The notes beneath the pieces were generated by a model that had not been told where the DNA came from, did not search any database, and saw only the letters and a program-made list of their open reading frames with translations. Position numbers and translations under genes: made by a program. 64,000 bases of DNA from Macrostomum lignano (Eukaryota). Numbering within the stretch: the first letter of the stretch is position 1; each line of letters begins with the position of its first letter. Positions 10,888-21,303 of the stretch are shown here, piece after piece. Where the stretch lies: positions 1,446,197 through 1,510,196 of the forward strand of contig NIVC01000038.1 in assembly GCA_002269645.1 (NCBI GenBank), given 5' to 3'.

Positions 10888-11819
10888 CTGCTGCTGCTGC
10901 TGCTGACCCCCTGGCTGGTGCCACATCTGCTGCTGCTGACGCCCTCGCTGATGGCACCTCTGATGCTGTTCCAGCTTTTACTGTTCTCAATGGTCAGGAT
11001 GACCTCAACGAGCTACTCGTACTAGCGTCAATTGACTTACCAACGATGGCGCCGACGAATCTTACAGATGCAACTGATTCAAAGGCTACGGGTAATAATC
11101 ATATTAATAACAATAACAATGCTACTAGCTATCTTACTTTGAACCTGGTGTTACCGCCTTTGAATGGAGCTGGCTATGTCGTGCATGTTGATGGTAATAG
11201 AATCACTTTTACTTCAATGTAATTTTCTAGCTTTCTCCTTCTCTCTGAGCAAATTCTCTCCTTCTCTCTGAGCAACACACTCAAATTTACTTTAAATGTT
11301 TGTAAACGATGTAATTTGTATTGGCTGCGATTATAACACCTTTACTTTCAGTTTCGTTAAATATACTTACCTCGCATAATAACATCTCTGTGAAAGAATT
11401 GACTTTTGCTAATTATGAATTCGTCTTTATTAAATTTAAATTTGCAGTTTTGAAGTTACTGTTCCAATTTTTGTTTCCATGGCTGAAAGATTGTTAGCAG
11501 TTCAGGCTATTTTGAAAGTAGTGCTTTTCGTCGAAGGGAATCATTTTAGTTTACAATGAGACATTTTAATTAATCGCTAGATTTATTCAAATATCTCATT
11601 ACTGCATATTTCGCGTTCCAAAATTTCAGTTAATGCAAGGCAATGATCTTGCGGACTATTCAGAGTCCGATAAGATACGGTCTGAATCTGAAACCTCATC
11701 TGAGACGACGGAAAGTGATTGGTCGGAGACGACTAACACTGATTGGTCAGAATTAAGTAGCTCTGATTGGACCGAATCAACTGACTCTGCAGACAATAAT
11801 CTATCTGTAGTAAGCTGAC

Positions 11820-13597
11820 TGTCATTGTCTACATCGACGATCTGCTCAAGCACTTGGAAGGTCTCCAAGGGATTATCGTTTCCGGATTTGCCGACGACCT
11901 GGCTACTTGGACCACCTGCGAGTCTACCTCGGAGGCCGCTGAGCAGCAGAGGAGGGCAGCGGACACCATTCAGAGGTGGAGTCGTTTGTGGCTCCTGCCC
12001 CTGGCCGGCAGCAAATGCACGCTCTTCAGTTGCAGCCCCAGAGGCCAAACGATGGACAGCAGCGGTATCACCATCAATGATGTTGAGCTAAAGTGGTGCA
12101 AGTACCCCAAATTCCTCGGTCTCACCTTCGACCCGCAGCTAAAGTTTCACCGGCACGCAGAATCCGTGATAGCCAGCGCCAGGAGGAAGATGAACTTGCT
12201 CAGACGCGTCGCCGGCACAGACTGGGGCTGGAGTAGCCAACTGCTCAGGCAAACGTATAAGGCAATAATCGAAAGTGGCTTGCTCTACGGCGCCTCGGCG
12301 TGGACCCCCTGAATCACCAAAGAGACCTGGCGCCAGATGGAGGTCACGCAGAGAATGGCCGCTCGTATCATAACCGGATTGATGGCCACCACACCGACGG
12401 ATGCGCTCGAGGCTGAAAGCGGCCTTGTGCCGATTGAGGACCTCTGCCACGCGCGGTGGGCCATCATGTACGACAGGCTTCTCAGGAAAGATAAGGACTC
12501 GCTCAGAGGCAAGCTCTTCCGGAAAGTTCAAGTTAACAGGTGTAAAAGAAAAGGCTGGAGGCATCAGGCTGCGGATATCTTCAATATGAGCGGATTGTCC
12601 GACGCGGTCCTCGAGGATGCCATTGCTGAGGCCCCTTGGGCAGACAGCTGCAAGAACAGGGCCTTCATCTCTGGCTCCAGAGCGTCTACCGACTGCGAAA
12701 ACAGGACCAAGGGCCTGGAAGTCATCGAGAAGCTTGGACACCTTGACTGGCTCATTTACTCTGACGGCTCGGTCAAGGACAATAAGCGGGGCCGGCGGCA
12801 TCGTGGTCTGCACACCCAGCGTGGACGATGTCGAGGGTGTCCAGCAGATCGTGGACAGAGCCAGAGCTGCGGCGGGGAAGCCATGCTCGTCAACGCAGGC
12901 GGAGCTTAGGGCGGCCTGCCTGGGGCTCGACTGGCTGGACGCGCGGAGGGACTGGACCAGCGCCGCCATCATTTGCGACAGCCAAAGCTGCGTCCGGCTG
13001 CTGCAAGGGACCAGCAGACACCCGACGGCCATTTCGGCCAGATTGTGCATGAGGGCGCTCGAGGCCAGGGGCCAGCACGTGAAGGTTGCATGGACACCGG
13101 CGCACTGCGGGCTGACCGGTAACGAGCTGGCAGACGAGGAAGCGGGCAGAGCGTGGGCTGAGGCCAGTGCCGAGGAGCAGGAGGCATGCAAGAGACCGTC
13201 GACCATAAGCAAAGCCTGGATCAACAGACATGTTGCAAAGGACAGGAAAAGAACGCACCCTCGGTCGGTCACGGTCTACAGCACCACAGGACCGGCGAAG
13301 CAGCCAAGGTACAGCATCCGAGAAGAGGCCACCAGCTTCAGGAGGCTCCGCACCGGCCACTCTTTAGAGCTCGCCAGCTATGCGAAGCGCATCGGAAAAA
13401 ATGAGGACAGCAGCTGCCAGGACTGCGGATCGCAAGAGGAAAATGTCGAACATCTGATGGACTGCCCGGCGACCTGGAGGAAGAGAGAAGAGATGGACAT
13501 CAGGGAGCTGGCGGATCTGAACACCAAGGCCGAGAGGGCGCTTGACTTCTGGCGGTGGATGCGTGGCAGAAAGATCGAGAGGATGTAGTCCATGGGC

Positions 13598-13640
<43 letters not shown>
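11820..13640 (+). mobile_element. 5'-truncated Ingi-like LINE (E3): RT C-half, RNase H, zinc finger
   Basis: VYIDDLL and GFADDLATW (RT), FLGLTFDPQLKF, TDWGWSSQLLRQTYKAIIESGLLYG (the WGW pattern typical of Ingi), IYSDGS, WTPAHCGLTGNELADE, RLRTGHS, CQDCG. Premature TGA at 12310, frameshift near 12785, (AC)n tail at 13592-13640. Confidence 0.92.
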
Positions 13641-13642
<2 letters not shown>

Positions 13643-13699
13643 AGCAGCAGCAGCAGCAGCAGCAGCAGCAATATGAATATGTGCTAGCTACCGCACGAC

Positions 13700-14786
13700 C
13701 AGGAGTTGCTGGCGCCACCGTGCCTTGCAGCTCATGGCCAGTATGCCGGGATACCTGGACAGCCGGGAACCTCTGCCGGCGCTCCCCCTCTGCCCCTGGC
13801 AACGACCGCCAGCCACGCGCACGATCCGCTGCAACCTCACCGCGCCCGCTGGCGAGGCCGAGGAGACCGAAGAGCTCTCGACCGAGGTCGCTGCTAAGGA
13901 AACACTTTGGAGGCGCGCCCCGAAGGCCACCCGCAATTGCGCAGCCGATCTAGTGCTCTACACGGATGGCTCGGCCACTGACGGCTGCGCCCGCGGTGGT
14001 GCGGCCTGCGTGGTCACCAGCGGCGACCCGGCCGACCCCGAGATGGTCACGACGATCTCAGCCACCGGCTCGCCGCACACCTGCAGTTTCGATGAAGAGA
14101 GACGGTCTCTACAGCTCGCTACTAACTGGCTCCGCAACCAGCAATTCACAGGACGGGTCCTCATCTGCACGGACAGCCGCGCCCTCCTCATGGCTCTCCT
14201 GAGCGACAGGCCCCGTTGCTCGCTGCTCGACCTGGACTGCCAAGCTGCCGCCCTGGTGCTTCAATGGGTCCTGGCACACTGCGGCATCCCCGGGAACGAG
14301 CTGTCCGATGAGGCTGCCAAGCAGGCGGCCGCTGCTGATTCCGCCCCGGCACCCATCTCCTACCACAGCGCGTTGGCGACGATCAAGCGGCACTTCGGAG
14401 ACCCGCCACTCACGCACGCACGCACCGCCGCGGTTTACAGGGCCCTCAACAGGGACCGCGACCGCGCCGAGCTGCGTAGCCGACAAGACGCGGTGCTATT
14501 GACGAGGCTCCGCTCGGGACACTGCAGTTTTCTCCGCGCCTACTGCAACGTCGTCAACCCCGCCGCCGACCCGACCTGCCCGCGCTACCAAGACGGTCCG
14601 GAGGACCTGGAGCACTGGCTCAGCTGTCCGGCCCTCCGGCCCACCAGGCTCTCTATTTTCGACGAGGACGAGTTGGGCCTTTCGGTTCTGACCGCCGCCC
14701 CTGCGACGTCAGTGGCGCTTGCGAGGCGCAGCCTCCTCTGACTGGCCTCGGCGCCTGTGCCCCAACAAAACAAAACAAAAAACAAA
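13700..14786 (+). mobile_element. 5'-truncated Ingi/I-group LINE (E4): RNase H plus zinc finger
   Basis: LYTDGS, EERRSL, ICTDSR, WVLAHCGIPGNELSDE, RLRSGH, EDLEHWLSCP. Stop at 14739-14741; (AACAA)n tail followed by (GCA)n. Confidence 0.9.
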
Positions 14787-14789
14787 GCA

Positions 14790-15837
14790 GCAGCAGCAAC
14801 AGCAAGATCAAACATCAGGTTCTCGGCTGCTCGCAGAAAATCTTCCAGCAGCTGCCGGATTCACTGTTGTTGCAAAGAGCGATATGAAAGGACCGCCTTT
14901 AAAAGACGAAGGAGTCGTCAAGCTCGACTCAGATCCGAACAAGTGCATAGAAGGTTTCTTTGCGAAATTGACAAAGCCGCCCGTGAAATCTACAATTGGA
15001 ACAGAAGATACAGCTACCAAAAGGTTCATTTGAGTCATGATGATCGCCATGCATTCGAGATTGCTACAGAGTGCCACTACTGCAAGCAGAGCTTCTGAAA
15101 CTCAATAGACAAGCATCTAGACCATGATCATCTTACTGGACTCTTTAAAGGTGCTTCCTGTGCCCGATGCAACATGTCGGCTCAGCTACGGAGGCACTTT
15201 CTACCAGTGTTTTTGCACAATTTAAAAAATTACGACGCACTTAGTTTTTTCTACCGCTCTTGATCGAATACAGGACTGGAGCATCAATGTCGTGCCACAA
15301 ACATCTGAGAGGTATCTTACGATGCGAGCTGAGTTTCCAGTCGCTGAGATTGTTACGCAGAGTGGCAAGAAAAGGGTACTGAATTTCACCATCCAGTTTG
15401 TTGATACGTACCAGTTTATACGTACCATTAGAGGAATTACCTTTGTTAATTATCATTGCGCACGTTTGACCGAAGCTACTTCCTCCAACGAAACTTTTGC
15501 AGCAGCAGATTCGAATGTTCCGACCACTGAATCTCTTGTTCCAATTGACATCAACAATTTGTACGTACATGCGCTATCAATGAGACTTCCAGTGGACTCA
15601 TTTGAATGGGTGTCTAATGAAGAGCTCGAGCGATGGAATGAAATGACAATTCTTCAGTCGAGAGATGACGACGAATTCGCTTATCTATTGGAGCTGGATC
15701 TCGAATATCCAGAAATAATTCACGATGAAACCAAAGAGCTGCCTTGCACCAGAAAAGTCCACTCCAGAATTCGAAGACTTTCCAGACTTTATGAAAGAAC
15801 TGTGGTTCACGTTGCATGCTCATCAAACGTATTGTAG
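14790..15837 (+). pseudogene. polB: Decayed Polinton/Maverick-type protein-primed DNA polymerase B with endonuclease VII-like zinc insert
   Basis: Across frameshifts and stops: AFEIATECHYCKQSF..KHLDHDHLTGLFKGASCARCNM..LPVFLHNLKNYDA, IQFVDTYQF, RGITFV, SLVPIDINNLYVHALSMRLPVDSFEWV (motif A equivalent of D.NNLYG), YLLELDLEYPEIIHD. It has a large internal deletion and is 3'-truncated. Confidence 0.85.
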
Positions 15838-17254
15838 TGACTGGCTGCTAACTGGCTATTCAGCAGCATTCATTAGCTTTCCCTAAGAGTGCTGTGATCC
15901 GCTGCACAGTTGCTCAGTCCACCTCATCAAGTGAGAGAGTTACCCTGTGCTGGGCCTAAGTGTTTACTGTCCGATGACTCATCGCCTGAGCAGGCGTGGG
16001 CAGCCACACTCAATGTCTTCCCACTCGCGCTGAGGAGGCGTAGCAGGATGACTCATCACCTGCACGGAGTGTAATGGCTGCCTAGAGGGAGTAAACAGGA
16101 TGACTTGCCTCATCCGCCCAAGTTCTATTTTTAGCACAGAATAAGCGCGTGACTGTGCACACACACACACTGTACGTGGCCACTGACCTTGAGTCACGCC
16201 ACTGCTGCATGACAGGGTTGCCTTATTTGGAAGTTGGCCTTGGATCACGCGTCGCTCGCATGATTCTGAGGACCAAATAAGGAAGTTTCACGCGCTCACC
16301 ACATGAAACTCACGTGACTTTTGGGGGTCCGCTCGGCTATAAATACGGAGCATCTGGGAGCTTTTTTCTCCAGATCGCGTCGCAGCGCATCCTGCGTCGT
16401 CTCGCGAAGCTTCATGGCTAACTCTTGAAGCCTCCTCCGAGCTCTTCTCTCTCATTTCAGGTTTTTCAGGTTCGAGCAGCATCTACTAGGAACGATCGAC
16501 TGTCGAGACATTTTTCAGATTTGCCTTTGCTTTGGTCACTATGCTTTGTTGAAATCGAACAGCTCGAAGCGTCCACGTCAGGTTCCTACACTAGCGAGCG
16601 ACGTTATTTATTATGACATTTGTCAGTTTATTGAAAGTGAACTAAATTTTCTTTGTAAAGAAAAATCTAAACTATGAGTACCTTGATCAAGCTACGTTCT
16701 AAATATTTTTACAATGCTTATTTCAGAGTTCGCATACTTATTTTCAATCGGGCAATAAATTAGCCTTTCCATGCCTCAACCATTTTTAATGTTTTTACTG
16801 TCAGTGTTGCTTCACTTTTCCTGGCTTTGAAAAGCTCCTCAAGTCGCTTAACTACATGTAGCCTACTGTTAGATATCTTAGGCTCTCTAAACTAATCCAA
16901 AAGTGTGTGCACTTTTTTCAATTTGCTTAATTTGATAAGAATGTGGCCATTATGGCTATTCACCTTTTGCAGTATCTAGTTGAGTAGCTATACTGTCGCA
17001 GTTCTTGAATTACGTGTTTTTGTTTCTTTTATAAATCTTGCTTTGCATTTTACTCTACTGTGCTGCCCTTTATAAATTATCGGACTAACTTTTCATGTAC
17101 CTTACTTTCCGATACTCATTTTATTTTGACCATGTTTATATTGCTTCTTACATGTACTTTCATTTCTATGTAGTTTTTGTTTTACATAATGGTCTTACTA
17201 TCGTAAAGCGTGTCATTTAAAAAAAATAAACCGTGAAACGAACTTCAGTCCTGG

Positions 17255-17703
17255 TGTGACGCGACCCTTCTTGTTCGGTGCTGACGGCTATGCACTTATC
17301 AATAAATGAGTCTACGTAGCAAGAAAGTTTAGAATTTTAACTTCGACTGATTGTATTTAACCGTATTATATTATTTATTTGAAGACAGGAGTTAACTGTT
17401 GCTGTTAAATTATTGGTAGTAAGTACTAAGTATGGCGAATAGGCACAACGCGGCGGACAAACCAACAGCACACACGAGCCCAGCGAGACACGAAACACTA
17501 GAGAACAAAAATGCGATATAACCCACTTTTAAATAATGCAATACCCGTATTTCTATGAATGATACAGTAAAACAAATTTCATGTATAAATATAGAATAAA
17601 TTTAAGATTCGTTTAATAAATAGTAGCTAGAGTAATAATATAATACTAAAAATGCATTAATAACACTAGAATATTTTCAGAAATAAATATCAACATCGTT
17701 ACA
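17255..17703 (-). repeat. 3' LTR of the Gypsy element
   Basis: TGTGACGCG...CGTTACA. By eye it differs from the other LTR at one position (AAAAATGCATT vs AAAAAGGCATT). Confidence 0.98.
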
Positions 17704-17716
17704 CTCGCCTCTCCTC
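17704..17716 (-). other. Polypurine tract (PPT)
   Basis: GAGGAGAGGCGAG on the minus strand, immediately before the 3' LTR. Confidence 0.85.
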
Positions 17717-17849
17717 AAAAAAGCAATACAGCTACTTACAGTAGTATCGAAGCACATGACCAAAATTTAATGACGATATAAACTTATATATTGGCTATCG
17801 ACGGAATTTTAATTATAGGCTCAATTGGCCCGGAAAGTTGGCAACAGCA

Positions 17850-18097
17850 AATCGACACCGTTGGCAAAAATCGACACCATTGGCAAAAATCGAACACATT
17901 GGCAAAAATCGAACACATTGGCAAAAATCGAACACATTGGCAAAAATCGAACACATTGGCAAAATCGAACACATTGGCAAAATCGAACACATTGGCAAAA
18001 TCGAACACATTGGCAAAAATTGAGCACATTGGCAAAAATTGAGCACATTGGCAAAAATCAAACACATTGGCAAAAATCGTACACATTGGCAAAATCG
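17850..18097. repeat. 19/20-bp tandem repeat (AATCGAACACATTGGCAAAA), about 12 copies, in the Gypsy 3' UTR
   Basis: Direct periodicity; explains the ORFs at 17784-18259. Confidence 0.95.
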
Positions 18098-18563
18098 AAG
18101 CAATATTCGAACAACGAACGATCAATAGCTGGTATACCTGTAATAATATTCAATAATCAATATTTTTTTGTATTTTTTAAAAATATTTTAGAACAACTGT
18201 CAAAAGGAAATATAAAATGCAAACGGCCAATAGAGTTAAATACACGGCAGCAACTGTAATTCAACGGTGGCAAATTCAAAAGACCGGCGGCAAATTCGAC
18301 TGTCTCGGCAGCGCGGCGACAGCTTCGCCGACACAGACTGCAGCCCAACGGCCACAGTCAGACTGAACTCCTATCTAACTAAGCCATTTCTAGACAAACC
18401 TAACTAGGATCAAAAAACCCAATCCGAGGATTAAGGGCTATGATCACGGCAATAAACTAGACTAACCTACGATAAATTTAAGATGACATTTGACAATTGA
18501 ATAACGGAACCCTAACCGGCGCACAGAGAACACAGGCACACAGCACACGACACGCCAAAATCC

Positions 18564-21296
18564 CTACTCCCCGCTACCTTTACCAAAAAGATTAGCCAGC
18601 AAGGAACGAAACCTGATGGGCGGTCTAATTGCGCGCCCAGACCTTGTGGTTGTGACAGCTGGCTGTTCTTGAGTGGCTTGCTCGTGCTGTTCTGAAACTT
18701 TCTGTTCTTGTGCTACTGGTGCCTCAGGTTGTGGTTGCTCTGTCGCTTGTGCTTCAGTTCTGACTTTTTCTGGCAAATTTTCTGCAGGTTCCGTGTGTGG
18801 CTGCACGGTGTGTTCTGTGACTGGCTCAATGGCTTGCTCTGTGATTGGCTCAGTGCTTTGCTCTGTGATTGGCTCAGCAACATGTTCTGTGATTGGCTGA
18901 GTGATCTGTTCTGTGATTGGCTCTGTTGCCGAATCTGCTACTGTTCCTATGGCTGGCTCCGTGTCTGGTTCAGATACCGACTGAGCACTCTGATGCTGGA
19001 TGGAGTGCTGACTCGGAGGAGGAACGGTCTGCTGCTCACCCGGACAGACTGGACCCGGATCGAATCCTGACACCCAATCAGAGCAGTCAGAACTACAGCT
19101 CAGCTGCCTAGAGTCTTCATCACCCTGTCCTAACCTCGAGGAATGAGGCATCCTCGCAACCAATTCTAATCCAAACCTGTCGGCGACATCCTGATAACTA
19201 GACTGGCGAATGCACCTTTTCATACGATCTACATTGTAAATCTTGTGGCTCGGATTCGGAGTTTTAAACTGATTCTCACACGCTAACTCAGGAACTAACC
19301 GATAATTTCTCTCTGAAATTTTCTGCGCGACCTTGTACGGCCCAAGCCAGACCGAAGGATCGAGGCCCTTGTGGTCGGGGTTTAACACCCACACGAGCTC
19401 TCCTACCTCAAAACTAGATTTAAACACTGACCGATCGTAGTACCTCTTCTGTCTAGACTGCGCCTTCTTCCTAAAAGCTCTGGCGGTGGCAGAGGCTTCA
19501 ACTAGAGTTCGGTGGAGCAGGTGTGCATAACTGGCTGGGTCATAGCGCTCATGCCTAGGTGGGTTGTACATCAAATCTAGCGGCATCTGGAATTCCCGGC
19601 CTAAGAAAAGCTTGGCAGGCGTCATGCCGGTGGAATCGGATTCTAATGACCTAACGCTCATCCCTGCGCATCTCGCGGCAAAAGGCCAGGTCACATGCCT
19701 TTCAGCAGTGACTGCACGGACTTGACTTTTGATGGTTTGAATCGTACGCTCCACTTTGCCATTGGCCTGAGGGCGACGGGCAGTAATTCTAACAGTGTCA
19801 ATTTCTAACAAGCGGGTTAACTCGGCTACAATGCTATTGATAAACGCTGTCCCATTGTCCGAGACCAATTGCTCCATTGTGCCGTAGCGAGCAATCCACT
19901 CCGTCAGGATCGCTGCTGCGGTTGTCTCAGCAGTTACGTCTCTCACAGGAATGATTTCTAAGAATCCAGAAAATCTGTCTACCATGACAAGCAGATATCT
20001 GAATCCATCCTGTTCCGGAAATGGCCCACAATGGTCTACATGGACAACCTGATTCGGATATCCCGCTAGAGTTGGCAGCATCGGTGCTTTATTCTTGCGT
20101 TTGTTTTTCTTAGTTCTGGCGCAAATCTCGCAACTGGCAACGACACTCTTGACAACTGTTTCCAGGTTGAAAATTTGGAAGTTCTTCTTTAAGATACCTA
20201 ATGTCTTCTTGACTCCGGAATGGTTGATCAATCTGTGGTAAGAGGTCACTAATTCGTCTATGTTTGCACTCTCCGGAATGACAGTCAGTTTAGCGGCAGG
20301 CTTCCTTTTCTTAGCTGGTCTATTTCTAACTAGTACATTTTCTTCCACCGACAGCTCACCAAACATGGCCCATAAGGCTCTCAGCTCCCGGCTATGGCTT
20401 TGAAGCTCCTGCTTGGACAACCTTTCCTCTCTGCCCGCTACCGCGTTTCTAAGGTACACCACGTCAATATTCGATTCCTGCGCGCTGCGAATCCATTCTC
20501 TTTCTTTCTGCTCAGCTTCTTCCTCATCTTCACTCTCACTATCCGACCCAGAGTCTATGGCGGCTACATCGGATCTACCCGGGTCCTCCACTTGAACAGC
20601 ATGAGCCGCAGCTGGGGACCGGGTCTCTGGTTCACTTCCAGCTGTGTCCGTGCCCGCAACAGGAGTTGGGGCGGCTAAGTGCTCGCTGCCGTGGGCTAAC
20701 TCATTAACTTCAGTGAAACGCTCAGTCTGAATAGCTAAATCTACTACCGGCTTGTCCTGCGCTGGGACCGTAAATTGGGACTCAGCTTCCAGGGTCTGAC
20801 TACCCGTGGAGGCGAGGGTCTGGGTGCTACTATCGACGCTGATGCGGTTGGCTTTGACTTCACTAGGCTCCGATGGCGCTACATTTTTACCCTTCTGGAA
20901 CTTGGCTTTGAAATCTGGGATCAAGCTGCAGGTTGGGCAATCGAAATGGTCTGCTCTGAACTTGGGATTTCGACTGAGGATGTCTGCGTTAACGTGATCT
21001 AGACCGGCTCTGTGGTTCACTTGGAAATCGTACTCCGCTATCCTTTCTAGGGGCGTCTGGTCGACCTTAAACGTATACGGTTCCAGGGTGACCAACCACT
21101 GAGCTAGCATGCCGGTTGCGTGCTTCTTTGAGTGCAACCACTTTAAAGCAACGGCATCGGTTCGAACTAGGAACTCACGGTCTAGGAGATAGGTTCGAAA
21201 TTGCTCTAGCATCAAGACCAACCCTAGAAGCTCCCTCATAGTCGCACAATAATTGCGCTGCGCACTACTAAACTTCTTCGACGCGTAGGCAATCAC
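18564..21296 (-). CDS. pol: Gypsy Pol C-terminal part: RNase H remainder, acidic linker, integrase (HHCC, DDE, GPY/F), repetitive tail
   Basis: IAYASK, ELLGLV, FLVRTDA, HVNADILSR; YHRLINH..CEIC; VHVDHCGP, VSDNG, NGKVERT; WLGPYKV; terminal TRSGRAIRPP. Confidence 0.95.
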   Translation of the reverse strand: MIAYASKKFSSAQRNYCATMRELLGLVLMLEQFRTYLLDREFLVRTDAVALKWLHSKKHATGMLAQWLVTLEPYTFKVDQTPLERIAEYDFQVNHRAGLDHVNADILSRNPKFRADHFDCPTCSLIPDFKAKFQKGKNVAPSEPSEVKANRISVDSSTQTLASTGSQTLEAESQFTVPAQDKPVVDLAIQTERFTEVNELAHGSEHLAAPTPVAGTDTAGSEPETRSPAAAHAVQVEDPGRSDVAAIDSGSDSESEDEEEAEQKEREWIRSAQESNIDVVYLRNAVAGREERLSKQELQSHSRELRALWAMFGELSVEENVLVRNRPAKKRKPAAKLTVIPESANIDELVTSYHRLINHSGVKKTLGILKKNFQIFNLETVVKSVVASCEICARTKKNKRKNKAPMLPTLAGYPNQVVHVDHCGPFPEQDGFRYLLVMVDRFSGFLEIIPVRDVTAETTAAAILTEWIARYGTMEQLVSDNGTAFINSIVAELTRLLEIDTVRITARRPQANGKVERTIQTIKSQVRAVTAERHVTWPFAARCAGMSVRSLESDSTGMTPAKLFLGREFQMPLDLMYNPPRHERYDPASYAHLLHRTLVEASATARAFRKKAQSRQKRYYDRSVFKSSFEVGELVWVLNPDHKGLDPSVWLGPYKVAQKISERNYRLVPELACENQFKTPNPSHKIYNVDRMKRCIRQSSYQDVADRFGLELVARMPHSSRLGQGDEDSRQLSCSSDCSDWVSGFDPGPVCPGEQQTVPPPSQHSIQHQSAQSVSEPDTEPAIGTVADSATEPITEQITQPITEHVAEPITEQSTEPITEQAIEPVTEHTVQPHTEPAENLPEKVRTEAQATEQPQPEAPVAQEQKVSEQHEQATQEQPAVTTTRSGRAIRPPIRFRSLLANLFGKGSGE

Positions 21297-21303
21297 CTGT
21301 TCT

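Larger units (their letters stand above)
9365..11222 (+). pseudogene. Disrupted ORF with a poly-Ala tract, split by retroelement insertions at 9834-10887
   Basis: One frame runs 9365-9833 with a single TGA (9683) and ends ...EISFFSAAAAAA. After the insertions a GCT-frame resumes at 10890 (AAAAADPLAGATSAAADALADG...GNRITFTSM, TAA 11220-11222). No family recognised. Confidence 0.45.

Noticed and set aside
16250-17250. Solo LTR (TATAAATA at about 16337, AATAAA at about 17225)
   Set aside because: I could not find matching TG...CA ends with a TSD, even after removing the Gypsy insertion.
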